Source: Eledone cirrhosa (taxonomy: Eukaryota). From it: a stretch of 64,000 nucleotides of DNA. Made by a program: the position numbers and the translations under genes. The stretch covers positions 119,164,001 to 119,228,000 of the forward strand of contig OZ024744.1 of assembly GCA_964016885.1 (NCBI GenBank), read 5' to 3'. Positions 12,945-29,519 of this stretch are shown one piece after another. Each line of letters begins with the position of its first letter. Position 1 is the stretch's first letter. The notes beneath the pieces were generated by a model. The model saw nothing but the letters and a program-made list of their open reading frames with translations, was not told the DNA's origin and made no database searches.

Positions 12945-15900
12945 ATTACTGTAACAACTGACTTGCTGTTACTAACATTATTACTGTAACAACTGACTTG
13001 GCGTTACTAACATTATTACTGTGACAACTGACTAATGTTACTAACATTATTACTGTAACAACTGACTTGGTGTTACTAACATTATTACTGTGACAACTGA
13101 CTAATGTTACTAACATTATTACTGTAACAACTGACTTGGTGTTACTAACATTATTACTGTGACAACTGACTAATGTTACTAACATTATTACTGTAACAAC
13201 TGACTTGGTGTTACTAACATTATTACTGTAACAACTGACTTGGTGTTACTAACTTTATTACTGTAACAACTGACTTGGTGTTACTAACATTATTACTGTA
13301 ACAACTGACTAATGGTACTAACATTATTACTGTAACAACTGACTAATTGTACTAACATTATTACTGTAACAACTGACTTGGTGTTACTAACGTTATTACT
13401 GTAACAACTGACTTGGTGTTACTAACATTATTACTGTGACAACTGACTAATGTTACTAACATTATTACTGTAACAACTGACTTGGTGTTACTTACATTAT
13501 TACTGTAACAACTGACTTGGTGTTACTAACATTATTACTGTGACAACTGACTAATGGTACTAACATTATTACTGTAACAACTGACTTGGTGTTACTAACG
13601 TTATTACTGTAACAACTGACTTGGTGTTACTAACATTATTACTGTGACAACTGACTAATGTTACTAACATTATTACTGTAACAACTGACTTGGTGTTACT
13701 AACATTATTACTGTAACAACTGACTTGGTGTTACTAACATTATTACTTTAACAACTGACTTGGTGTTACTAACATTATTACTGTAACAACTGACTTGGTG
13801 TTACTAACATTATTACTGTAACAACTGACTTGGTGTTACTAACATTATTACTGTAACAACTGACTTGGTGTTACTAACATTATTACTGTAACAACTTACT
13901 TTGTGTTACTAACATTATTACTGTAACGACTGATTTGGTGTTACTAACATTATTACTGTAACAACAGACTTGGTGTTACTAACATTATTACTGTAACAAC
14001 TGACTTGGTGTTACTAACATTATTACTGTAACAACTGACTTGGTGTTACTAACATTATTACTGTAACAACTGACTAATGTTACTAACATTATTACTGTAA
14101 CAACTGACTTGGTGTTACTAACATTATTACTGTAACAACTGACTTGGTGTTACTAACATTATTACTGTAACAACTGACTAATGTTACTAACATTATTTCT
14201 GTAACAACTGACTTGGTGTTACTAACATTATTACTGTAACAACTGACTTGGTGTTACTAACATTATTACTGTAACAACTGACTAAAGTTACTAACATTAT
14301 TACTGTAACAATTGACTTGGTGTTACTAACATTATTACTGTAACAACTGACTAATGTTACTAACATTATTACTGTAACAACTGACTTGGTGTTACTAACA
14401 TTATTACTGTAACAACTGACTTGGTGTTACTAACATTATTACTGTAACAACTGCCTTGGTGTTACTAACATTATTACTGTAACAACTGACTTGGTGTTAC
14501 TAACATTATTACTGTAACAACTGACTTGGTGTTACTAACATTATTACTGTAACAACTGACTTGCTGTTACTAACATTATTACTGTAACAACTGACTTGGT
14601 GTTACTAACATTATTTCTGGAACAACTGACTTGCTGTTACTAACATTATTACTGTAACAATTGACTTGGTGTTACTAACATTATTACTGTAACAACTGAC
14701 TAATGGTACTAACATTATTACTGTAACAACTGACTTGGTATCACTAACATTATTACTGTAACAACTGACTTGGTGTTACTAACATTATTACTGTAACAAC
14801 TGACTAATGTTACTAACATTATTACTGTAACAACTGACTAATGGTACTAACATTATTACTGTGACAACTGACTAATGTTACTAACATTATTACTGTAACA
14901 ACTGACTAATGGTACTAACATTATTACTGTAACAACTGACTTGGTGTTACTAACGTTATTACTGTAACAACTGACTTGGTGTTACTAACATTATTACTGT
15001 GACAACTGACTAATGTTACTAACATTATTACTGTAACAACTGACTTGGTGTTACTAACATTATTACTGTGACAACTGACTAGTGTTACTAACATTATTAC
15101 TGTAACAACTGACTTGGTGTTACTAACATTATTACTGGAACAACTGACTTGGTGTTACTAACATTATTACTGTAACAACTGACTAATGTTACTAACATTA
15201 TTACTGTAACAACTGACTAATGTTACTAACATTATTACTGTAACAACTGACTTGGTGTTACTAACATTATTACTGTAACAACTGACTTGGTGTTACTAAC
15301 ATTATTACTGTAACAACTAACTAATGTTACTAACATTATTACTGTAACAACTGACTTGGTGTTACTAACATTATTACTGTAACAACTGACTTGGCGTTAC
15401 TAACATTATTACTGTGACAACTGACTAATGTTACTAACATTATTACTGTAACAACTGACTTGGTGTTACTAACATTATTACTGTGACAACTGACTAATGT
15501 TACTAACATTATTACTGTAACAACTGACTTGGTGTTACTAACATTATTACTGTGACAACTGACTAATGTTACTAACATTATTACTGTAACAACTGACTTG
15601 GTGTTACTAACATTATTACTGTGACAACTGACTAATGTTACTAACATTATTACTGTAACAACTGACTTGGTGTTACTAACATTATTACTGTGACAACTGA
15701 CTAATGGTACTAACATTATTACTGTAACAACTGACTTGGTGTTACTAACATTATTACTGTAACAACAGACTTGGTGTTACTAACATTATTACTGTAACAA
15801 CTGACTTGGTGTTACTAACATTATTACTGTAACAACTGACTTGGTGTTACTAACATTATTACTTTAACAACTGACTTGGTGTTACTAACATTATTACTGT

Positions 15901-18900
15901 AACAACTTACTTGGTGTTACTAACATTATTACTGTAACAACTGACTTGGTGTTACTAACATTATTACTGTAACAACAGACTTGGTGTTACTAACATTATT
16001 ACTGTAACAACTGACTTGGTGTTACTAACATTATTACTGTAACAACTGACTTGGTGTTACTAACATTATTACTGTAACAACTGACTTGGTGTTACTAACA
16101 TTATTACTGTAACAACTGACTTGGTGTTACTAACATTATTACTGTAACAACGGACTTGGTGTTACTAACATTATTACTGTAACAACTGACTTGGTGTTAC
16201 TAACATTATTACTGTAACAACTGACTAATGTTACTAACATTATTACTGTAACAACTGACTTGGTGTTACTAACATTATTACTGTAACAACTGACTTGGTG
16301 TTACTAACATTATTACTGTAACAACTGACTAATGTTACTAACATTATTTCTGTAACAACTGACTTGGTGTTACTAACATTATTACTGTAACAACTGACTT
16401 GGTGTTACTAACATTATTACTGTAACAACTGACTAATGTTACTAACATTATTACTGTAACAATTGACTTGGTGTTACTAACATTATTACTGTAACAACTG
16501 ACTAATGTTACTAACATTATTACTGTAACAACTGACTTTGTGTTACTAACATTATTACTGTAACAACTGACTTGGTGTTACTAACATTATTACTGTAACA
16601 ACTGACTAATGTTACTAACATTATTTCTGTAACAACTGACTTGGTGTTACTAACATTATTACTGTAACAACTGACTTGGTGTTACTAACATTATTACTGT
16701 AACAACTGACTAAAGTTACTAACATTATTACTGTAACAATTGACTTGGTGTTACTAACATTATTACTGTAACAACTGACTAATGTTACTAACATTATTAC
16801 TGTAACAACTGACTTGGTGTTACTAACATTATTACTGTAACAACTGACTTGGTGTTACTAACATTATTACTGTAACAACTGCCTTGGTGTTACTAACATT
16901 ATTACTGTAACAACTGACTTGGTGTTACTAACATTATTACTGTAACAACTGACTTGGTGTTACTAACATTATTACTGTAACAACTGACTTGCTGTTACTA
17001 ACATTATTACTGTAACAACTGACTTGGTGTTACTAACATTATTTCTGGAACAACTGACTTGCTGTTACTAACATTATTACTGTAACAATTGACTTGGTGT
17101 TACTAACATTATTACTGTAACAACTGACTAATGGTACTAACATTATTACTGTAACAACTGACTTGGTGTCACTAACATTATTACTGTAACAACTGACTTG
17201 GTGTTACTAACATTATTACTGTAACAACTGACTAATGTTACTAACATTATTACTGTAACAACTGACTAATGGTACTAACATTATTACTGTAACAACTGAC
17301 TTGGTGTCACTAACATTATTACTGTAACAACTGACTTGCTGTTACTAACATTATTACTGTAACAACTGACTTGGCGTTACTAACATTATTACTGTGACAA
17401 CTGACTAATGTTACTAACATTATTACTGTAACAACTGACTTGGTGTTACTAACATTATTACTGTGACAACTGACTAATGTTACTAACATTATTACTGTAA
17501 CAACTGACTTGGTGTTACTAACATTATTACTGTGACAACTGACTAATGTTACTAACATTATTACTGTAACAACTGACTTGGTGTTACTAACATTATTACT
17601 GTAACAACTGACTTGGTGTTACTAACTTTATTACTGTAACAACTGACTTGGTGTTACTAACATTATTACTGTAACAACTGACTAATGGTACTAACATTAT
17701 TACTGTAACAACTGACTAATTGTACTAACATTATTACTGTAACAACTGACTTGGTGTTACTAACGTTATTACTGTAACAACTGACTTGGTGTTACTAACA
17801 TTATTACTGTGACAACTGACTAATGTTACTAACATTATTACTGTAACAACTGACTTGGTGTTACTTACATTATTACTGTAACAACTGACTTGGTGTTACT
17901 AACATTATTACTGTGACAACTGACTAATGGTACTAACATTATTACTGTAACAACTGACTTGGTGTTACTAACGTTATTACTGTAACAACTGACTTGGTGT
18001 TACTAACATTATTACTGTGACAACTGACTAATGTTACTAACATTATTACTGTAACAACTGACTTGGTGTTACTAACATTATTACTGTAACAACTGACTTG
18101 GTGTTACTAACATTATTACTTTAACAACTGACTTGGTGTTACTAACATTATTACTGTAACAACTGACTTGGTGTTACTAACATTATTACTGTAACAACTG
18201 ACTTGGTGTTACTAACATTATTACTGTAACAACTGACTTGGTGTTACTAACATTATTACTGTAACAACTTACTTTGTGTTACTAACATTATTACTGTAAC
18301 GACTGATTTGGTGTTACTAACATTATTACTGTAACAACAGACTTGGTGTTACTAACATTATTACTGTAACAACTGACTTGGTGTTACTAACATTATTACT
18401 GTAACAACTGACTTGGTGTTACTAACATTATTACTGTAACAACTGACTAATGTTACTAACATTATTACTGTAACAACTGACTTGGTGTTACTAACATTAT
18501 TACTGTAACAACTGACTTGGTGTTACTAACATTATTACTGTAACAACTGACTAATGTTACTAACATTATTTCTGTAACAACTGACTTGGTGTTACTAACA
18601 TTATTACTGTAACAACTGACTTGGTGTTACTAACATTATTACTGTAACAACTGACTAAAGTTACTAACATTATTACTGTAACAATTGACTTGGTGTTACT
18701 AACATTATTACTGTAACAACTGACTAATGTTACTAACATTATTACTGTAACAACTGACTTGGTGTTACTAACATTATTACTGTAACAACTGACTTGGTGT
18801 TACTAACATTATTACTGTAACAACTGCCTTGGTGTTACTAACATTATTACTGTAACAACTGACTTGGTGTTACTAACATTATTACTGTAACAACTGACTT

Positions 18901-21900
18901 GGTGTTACTAACATTATTACTGTAACAACTGACTTGCTGTTACTAACATTATTACTGTAACAACTGACTTGGTGTTACTAACATTATTTCTGGAACAACT
19001 GACTTGCTGTTACTAACATTATTACTGTAACAATTGACTTGGTGTTACTAACATTATTACTGTAACAACTGACTAATGGTACTAACATTATTACTGTAAC
19101 AACTGACTTGGTATCACTAACATTATTACTGTAACAACTGACTTGGTGTTACTAACATTATTACTGTAACAACTGACTAATGTTACTAACATTATTACTG
19201 TAACAACTGACTAATGGTACTAACATTATTACTGTGACAACTGACTAATGTTACTAACATTATTACTGTAACAACTGACTAATGGTACTAACATTATTAC
19301 TGTAACAACTGACTTGGTGTTACTAACGTTATTACTGTAACAACTGACTTGGTGTTACTAACATTATTACTGTGACAACTGACTAATGTTACTAACATTA
19401 TTACTGTAACAACTGACTTGGTGTTACTAACATTATTACTGTGACAACTGACTAGTGTTACTAACATTATTACTGTAACAACTGACTTGGTGTTACTAAC
19501 ATTATTACTGGAACAACTGACTTGGTGTTACTAACATTATTACTGTAACAACTGACTAATGTTACTAACATTATTACTGTAACAACTGACTAATGTTACT
19601 AACATTATTACTGTAACAACTGACTTGGTGTTACTAACATTATTACTGTAACAACTGACTTGGTGTTACTAACATTATTACTGTAACAACTAACTAATGT
19701 TACTAACATTATTACTGTAACAACTGACTTGGTGTTACTAACATTATTACTGTAACAACTGACTTGGCGTTACTAACATTATTACTGTGACAACTGACTA
19801 ATGTTACTAACATTATTACTGTAACAACTGACTTGGTGTTACTAACATTATTACTGTGACAACTGACTAATGTTACTAACATTATTACTGTAACAACTGA
19901 CTTGGTGTTACTAACATTATTACTGTGACAACTGACTAATGTTACTAACATTATTACTGTAACAACTGACTTGGTGTTACTAACATTATTACTGTGACAA
20001 CTGACTAATGTTACTAACATTATTACTGTAACAACTGACTTGGTGTTACTAACATTATTACTGTGACAACTGACTAATGGTACTAACATTATTACTGTAA
20101 CAACTGACTTGGTGTTACTAACATTATTACTGTAACAACAGACTTGGTGTTACTAACATTATTACTGTAACAACTGACTTGGTGTTACTAACATTATTAC
20201 TGTAACAACTGACTTGGTGTTACTAACATTATTACTTTAACAACTGACTTGGTGTTACTAACATTATTACTGTAACAACTTACTTGGTGTTACTAACATT
20301 ATTACTGTAACAACTGACTTGGTGTTACTAACATTATTACTGTAACAACAGACTTGGTGTTACTAACATTATTACTGTAACAACTGACTTGGTGTTACTA
20401 ACATTATTACTGTAACAACTGACTTGGTGTTACTAACATTATTACTGTAACAACTGACTTGGTGTTACTAACATTATTACTGTAACAACTGACTTGGTGT
20501 TACTAACATTATTACTGTAACAACGGACTTGGTGTTACTAACATTATTACTGTAACAACTGACTTGGTGTTACTAACATTATTACTGTAACAACTGACTA
20601 ATGTTACTAACATTATTACTGTAACAACTGACTTGGTGTTACTAACATTATTACTGTAACAACTGACTAATGTTACTAACATTATTTCTGTAACAACTGA
20701 CTTGGTGTTACTAACATTATTACTGTAACAACTGACTTGGTGTTACTAACATTATTACTGTAACAACTGACTAATGTTACTAACATTATTACTGTAACAA
20801 TTGACTTGGTGTTACTAACATTATTACTGTAACAACTGACTAATGTTACTAACATTATTACTGTAACAACTGACTTTGTGTTACTAACATTATTACTGTA
20901 ACAACTGACTTGGTGTTACTAACATTATTACTGTAACAACTGACTAATGTTACTAACATTATTTCTGTAACAACTGACTTGGTGTTACTAACATTATTAC
21001 TGTAACAACTGACTTGGTGTTACTAACATTATTACTGTAACAACTGACTAAAGTTACTAACATTATTACTGTAACAATTGACTTGGTGTTACTAACATTA
21101 TTACTGTAACAACTGACTAATGTTACTAACATTATTACTGTAACAACTGACTTGGTGTTACTAACATTATTACTGTAACAACTGACTTGGTGTTACTAAC
21201 ATTATTACTGTAACAACTGCCTTGGTGTTACTAACATTATTACTGTAACAACTGACTTGGTGTTACTAACATTATTACTGTAACAACTGACTTGGTGTTA
21301 CTAACATTATTACTGTAACAACTGACTTGCTGTTACTAACATTATTACTGTAACAACTGACTTGGTGTTACTAACATTATTTCTGGAACAACTGACTTGC
21401 TGTTACTAACATTATTACTGTAACAATTGACTTGGTGTTACTAACATTATTACTGTAACAACTGACTAATGGTACTAACATTATTACTGTAACAACTGAC
21501 TTGGTGTCACTAACATTATTACTGTAACAACTGACTTGGTGTTACTAACATTATTACTGTAACAACTGACTAATGTTACTAACATTATTACTGTAACAAC
21601 TGACTAATGGTACTAACATTATTACTGTGACAACTGACTAATGTTACTAACATTATTACTGTAACAACTGACTAATGGTACTAACATTATTACTGTAACA
21701 ACTGACTTGGTGTTACTAACGTTATTACTGTAACAACTGACTTGGTGTTACTAACATTATTACTGTGACAACTGACTAATGTTACTAACATTATTACTGT
21801 AACAACTGACTTGGTGTTACTAACATTATTACTGTGACAACTGACTAGTGTTACTAACATTATTACTGTAACAACTGACTTGGTGTTACTAACATTATTA

Positions 21901-23330
21901 CTGGAACAACTGACTTGGTGTTACTAACATTATTACTGTAACAACTGACTAATGTTACTAACATTATTACTGTAACAACTGACTAATGTTACTAACATTA
22001 TTACTGTAACAACTGACTTGGTGTTACTAACATTATTACTGTAACAACTGACTTGGTGTTACTAACATTATTACTGTAACAACTAACTAATGTTACTAAC
22101 ATTATTACTGTAACAACTGACTTGGTGTTACTAACATTATTACTGTAACAACTGACTTGGCGTTACTAACATTATTACTGTGACAACTGACTAATGTTAC
22201 TAACATTATTACTGTAACAACTGACTTGGTGTTACTAACATTATTACTGTGACAACTGACTAATGTTACTAACATTATTACTGTAACAACTGACTTGGTG
22301 TTACTAACATTATTACTGTGACAACTGACTAATGTTACTAACATTATTACTGTAACAACTGACTTGGTGTTACTAACATTATTACTGTGACAACTGACTA
22401 ATGTTACTAACATTATTACTGTAACAACTGACTTGGTGTTACTAACATTATTACTGTGACGACTGACTAATGGTACTAACATTATTACTGTAACAACTGA
22501 CTTGGTGTTACTAACATTATTACTGTAACAACAGACTTGGTGTTACTAACATTATTACTGTAACAACTGACTTGGTGTTACTAACATTATTACTGTAACA
22601 ACTGATTTGGTGTTACTAACATTATTACTTTAACAACTGACTTGGTGTTACTAACATTATTACTGTAACAACTTACTTGGTGTTACTAACATTATTACTG
22701 TAACAACTGACTTGGTGTTACTAACATTATTACTGTAACAACAGACTTGGTGTTACTAACATTATTACTGTAACAACTGACTTGGTGTTACTAACATTAT
22801 TACTGTAACAACTGACTTGGTGTTACTAACATTATTACTGTAACAACTGACTTGGTGTTACTAACATTATTACTGTAACAACTGACTTGGTGTTACTAAC
22901 ATTATTACTGTAACAACGGACTTGGTGTTACTAACATTATTACTGTAACAACTGACTTGGTGTTACTAACATTATTACTGTAACAACTGACTAATGTTAC
23001 TAACATTATTACTGTAACAACTGACTTGGTGTTACTAACATTATTACTGTAACAACTGACTTGGTGTTACTAACATTATTACTGTAACAACTGACTAATG
23101 TTACTAACATTATTTCTGTAACAACTGACTTGGTGTTACTAACATTATTACTGTAACAACTGACTTGGTGTTACTAACATTATTACTGTAACAACTGACT
23201 AATGTTACTAACATTATTACTGTAACAATTGACTTGGTGTTACTAACATTATTACTGTAACAACTGACTAATGTTACTAACATTATTACTGTAACAACTG
23301 ACTTTGTGTTACTAACATTATTACTGTAAC
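12945..23330 (+). repeat. Higher-order duplication, period 4373 bp, followed by a partial extra copy at period 2393 bp
   Basis: GACTGATTTGG at 13928 and 18301, and TGACTTGGTATCAC at 14731 and 19104 (both offset 4373). ORF offsets 12946->17319 and 15339->19712 are 4373; 19712->22105 is 2393. Confidence 0.85.
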
Positions 23331-26300
23331 AACTGACTTGGTGTTACTAACATTATTACTGTAACAACTGCCTTGGTGTTACTAACATTATTACTGTAAC
23401 AACTGACTTGGTGTTACTAACATTATTACTGTAACAACTGACTTGGTGTTACTAACATTATTACTGTAACAACTGACTTGCTGTTACTAACATTGTTACT
23501 GTAACAACTGCCTTGGTGTTACTAACATTATTTCTGTAACAACTGACTTGCTGTTACTAACATTATTACTGTAACAATTGACTTGGTGTTACTAACATTA
23601 TTACTGTAACAACTGACTAATGGTACTAACATTATTACTGTAACAACTGACTTGGTGTCACTAACATTATTACTGTAACAACTGACTTGGTGTTACTAAC
23701 ATTATTACTGTAACAACTGACTAATGTTACTAACATTATTACTGTAACAACTGACTAATGTTACTAACATTATTACTGTAACAACTGACTAATGTTACTA
23801 ACATTATTACTGCAACAAATGACTAATGTTACTAACATTATTACTGTAACAACTGACTTGGTGTTACTAACATTATTACTGTAACAATTGACTTGGTGTT
23901 ACTAACATTATTACTGTAACAACTGACTAATGTTACTAACATTATTACTGTAACAACTGACTAATGTTACTAACGTTATTACTGTAACAACTGACTTGGT
24001 GTTACTAACATTATTACTGTAACAACTGACTTGGTGTTACTAACATTATTACTGTAACAACTGACTAATGTTACTAACGTTATTACTGTAACAACTGACT
24101 TGGTGTTACTAACATTATTACTGTAACAACTGACTAATGTTACTAACATTATTACTGTAACAATTGACTAATGTTACTAACATTATTACTGTAACAAATG
24201 ACTAATGTTACTAACATTATTACTGTAACAACTGACTAATGTTACTAACATTATTACTGTAACAACTGACTAATGTTACTAACATTATTACTGTAATTAC
24301 TAACTAATGTTACTAACATTATTACTGTAACAACTGGCTAATGTTACTAACATTATTACTGTAACAACTGACTTGGTGTTACTAACATTATTACTGTAAC
24401 AACTGACTAATGTTACTAACGTTATTACTGTAACAACTGACTAGGTGTTACTAACATTATTACTGTAACAACTGACTTGGTGTTACTAACATTATTACTG
24501 TAACAACTGACTAATGTTACTAACATTATTACTGTAACAACTGACTTGGCGTTACTAACATTATTACTGTAACAAATGACTAATGTTACTAACATTATTA
24601 CTGTAACAACTGACTAATGTTACTAACATTATTACTGTAACAACTGACTAATGGTACTAACATTATTACTGTAACAACTGACTTGGTGTTACTAACATTA
24701 TTACTGTAACAACTGACTTGGTGTTACTAACATTATTACTGTAACAACTGACTAATGTTACTAACATTATTACTGTAACAACTCACTAATGTTACTAACA
24801 TTATTACTGTAACAATTGACTTGGTGTTACTAACATTATTACTGTAACAACTGACTTGGTGTTACTAACATTATTACTGTAACAACTGACTTGGTGTTAC
24901 TAACATTATTACTGTAACAACTGACTTGGTGTTACTAACATTATTACTGTAACAACTGACTAATGGTACTAACATTATTACTGTAACAACTGACTAATGG
25001 TACTAACATTATTACTGTAACAACTGACTTGGTGTTACTAACGTTATTACTGTGACAACTGACTAATGTTACTAACATTATTACTGTAATAACTGACTTG
25101 GTGTTACTAACATTATTACTGTAACAACTGACTTGGCGTTACTAACATTATTACTGTAACAACTGACTTGGTGTTACTAACATTATTACTGTAACAACTG
25201 ACTTGGTGTTACTAACATTATTACTGTAACAACTGACTTGGTGCTACTAACATTATTACTGTAACAACTGACTTGGTGTTACTAACATTATTACTGTAAC
25301 AACTGACTTGGTGTTACTAACATTATTACTGTAACAACTGACTTGGTGTTACTAACATTATTACTGTAACAACTGACTTGGTGTTACTAACATTATTACT
25401 GTAACAACTGACTTGGTGTTACTAACATTATTACTGTAACAACTGACTTGGTGTTACTAACATTATTACTGTAACAACTGACTTGGTGTTACTAACATTA
25501 TTACTGTAACAACTGACTAATGTTACTAACATTATTACTGTAACAACTGACTTGGTGTTACTAACATTATTACTGTAACAACTGACTAATGTTACTAACA
25601 TTATTACTGTAACAACTGACTTGGTGTTACTAACATTATTACTGTAAAAAATGACTAATGTTACTAACATTATTACTGTAACAACTGACTAATGTTACTA
25701 ACGTTATTACTGTAACAACTGACTAGGTGTTACTAACATTATTACTGTAACAACTGACTTGGTGTTACTAACATTATTACTGTAACAACTGACTAAGGTT
25801 ACTAACATTATTACTGTAACAACTGACTTGGTGTTACTAACATTATTACTGTAACAAATGACTAATGTTACTAACATTATTACTGTAACAACTGACTAAT
25901 GTTACTAACATTATTACTGTAACAACTGACTAATGGTACTAACATTATTACTGTAACAACTGACTTGGTGTTACTAACATTATTACTGTAACAACTGACT
26001 TGGTGTTACTAACATTATTACTGTAACAACTGACTAATGGTACTAACATTATTACTGTAACAACTGACTAATGGTACTAACATTATTACTGTAACAACTG
26101 ACTTGGTGTTACTAACGTTATTACTGTAACAACTGACTTGGTGTTACTAACATTATTACTGTGACAACTGACTAATGTTACTAACATTATTACTGTAACA
26201 ACTGACTTGGTGTTACTAAAATTATTACTGTGACAACTGACTAATGTTACTAACATTATTACTGTAACAACTGACTTGGTGTTACTAATATTATTACTGT

Positions 26301-29300
26301 GACAACTGACAAATGTTACTAACATTATTACTGTAACAACTGACTTGGTGTTACTAACATTATTACTGTGACAACTGACTAATGTTACTAACATTATTAC
26401 TGTAACAACTGACTTGGTGTTACTAACATTATTACTGTAACAACTGACTTGGTGTTACTAACATTATTACTGTAACAACTGACTTGGTGTTACTAACATT
26501 ATTAATGTAACAACTGGCTAATGTTACTAACATTATTACTGTAACAACTGACTTGGTGTTACTAACATTATTACTGTAACAACTGACTAATGTTACTAAC
26601 GTTATTACTGTAACAACTGACTAGGTGTTACTAACATTATTACTGTAACAACTGACTTGGTGTTACTAACATTATTACTGTAACAACTGACTAATGTTAC
26701 TAACATTATTACTGTAACAACTGACTTGGCGTTACTAACATTATTACTGTAACAAATGACTAATGTTACTAACATTATTACTGTAACAACTGACTAATGT
26801 TACTAACATTATTACTGTAACAACTGACTAATGGTACTAACATTATTACTGTAACAACTGACTTGGTGTTACTAACATTATTACTGTAACAACTGACTTG
26901 GTGTTACTAACATTATTACTGTAACAACTGACTAATGTTACTAACATTATTACTGTAACAACTCACTAATGTTACTAACATTATTACTGTAACAATTGAC
27001 TTGGTGTTACTAACATTATTACTGTAACAACTGACTTGGTGTTACTAACATTATTACTGTAACAACTGACTTGGTGTTACTAACTTTATTACTGTAACAA
27101 CTGACTTGGTGTTACTAACATTATTACTGTAACAACTGACTAATGGTACTAACATTATTACTGTAACAACTGACTAATGGTACTAACATTATTACTGTAA
27201 CAACTGACTTGGTGTTACTAACGTTATTACTGTAACAACTGACTTGGTGTTACTAACATTATTACTGTGACAACTGACTAATGTTACTAACATTATTACT
27301 GTAACAACTGACTTGGTGTTACTTACATTATTACTGTAACAACTGACTTGGTGTTACTAACATTATTACTGTAACAACTGACTTGGTGTTACTAACATTA
27401 TTACTGTAACAACGGACTTGGTGTTACTAACATTATTACTGTAATAACTGACTTGGTGTTACTAACATTATTACTGTAACAACTGACTTGGCGTTACTAA
27501 CATTATTACTGTAACAACTGACTTGGTGTTACTAACATTATTACTGTAACAACTGACTTGGTGTTACTAACATTATTACTGTAACAACTGACTAATGTTA
27601 CTAACATTATTACTGTAACAATTGACTTGGTGTTACTAACATTATTACTGTAACAACTGACTAATGTTACTAACATTATTACTGTAACAACTGACTTGGT
27701 GTTACTAACATTATTACTGTAACAACTGACTTGGTGTTACTAACATTATTACTGTAACAACTGCCTTGGTGTTACTAACATTATTACTGTAACAACTGAC
27801 TTGGTGTTACTAACATTATTACTGTAAGAACTGACTTGGTGTTACTAACATTATTACTGTAACAACTGACTTGCTGTTACTAACATTATTACTGTAACAA
27901 CTGACTTGGTGTTACTAACATTATTTCTGTAACAACTGACTTGCTGTTACTAACATTATTACTGTAACAATTGACTTGGTGTTACTAACATTATTACTGT
28001 AACAACTGACTAATGGTACTAACATTATTACTGTAACAACTGACTTGGTGTCACTAACATTATTACTGCAACAACTGACTTGGTGTTACTAACATTATTA
28101 CTGTAACAACTGACTAATGTTACTAACATTATTACTGTAACAACTGACTAATGGTACTAACATTATTACTGTGACAACTGACTAATGTTACTAACATTAT
28201 TACTGTAACAACTGACTAATGGTACTAACATTATTACTGTAACAACTGACTTGGTGTTACTAACGTTATTACTGTAACAACTGACTTGGTGTTACTAACA
28301 TTATTACTGTGACAACTGACTAATGTTACTAACATTATTACTGTAACAACTGACTTGGTGTTACTAACATTATTACTGTGACAACTGACTAGTGTTACTA
28401 ACATTATTACTGTAACAACTGACTTGGTGTTACTAACATTATTACTGGAACAACTGACTTGGTGTTACTAACATTATTACTGTAACAACTGACTAATGTT
28501 ACTAACATTATTACTGTAACAACTGACTAATGTTACTAACATTATTACTGTAACAACTGACTTGGTGTTACTAACATTATTACTGTAACAACTGACTTTG
28601 TGTTACTAACATTATTACTGTAACAACTAACTAATGTTACTAACATTATTACTGTAACAACTGACTTGGTGTTACTAACATTATTACTGTAACAACTGAC
28701 TTGGCGTTACTAACATTATTACTGTGACAACTGACTAATGTTACTAACATTATTACTGTAACAACTGACTTGGTGTTACTAACATTATTACTGTGACAAC
28801 TGACTAATGTTACTAACATTATTACTGTAACAACTGACTTGGTGTTACTAACATTATTACTGTAACAACTGACTTGGTGTTACTAACATTATTACTGTAA
28901 CAACTGACTTGGTGTTACTAACATTATTACTGTAACAACTGACTTTGTGTTACTAACATTATTACTGTAACAACTTACTTGGTGTTACTAACATTATTAC
29001 TGTAACAACTGACTTGGTGTTACTAACATTATTACTGTAACAACAGACTTGGTGTTACTAACATTATTACTGTAACAACTGACTTGGTGTTACTAACATT
29101 ATTACTGTAACAACTGACTTGGTGTTACTAACATTATTACTGTAACAACTGACTTGGTGTTACTAACATTATTACTGTAACAACTGACTTGGTGTTACTA
29201 ACATTATTACTGTAACAACGGACTTGGTGTTACTAACATTATTACTGTAACAACTGACTAATGTTACTAACATTATTTCTGTAACAACTGACTTGGTGTT

Positions 29301-29519
29301 ACTAACATTATTACTGTAACAACTGACTTGGTGTTACTAACATTATTACTGTAACAACTGACTAATGTTACTAACATTATTACTGTAACAATTGACTTGG
29401 TGTTACTAACATTATTACTGTAACAACTGACTAATGTTACTAACATTATTACTGTAACAACTGACTTGGTGTTACTAACATTATTACTGTAACAACTGAC
29501 TTGGTGTTACTAACATTAT

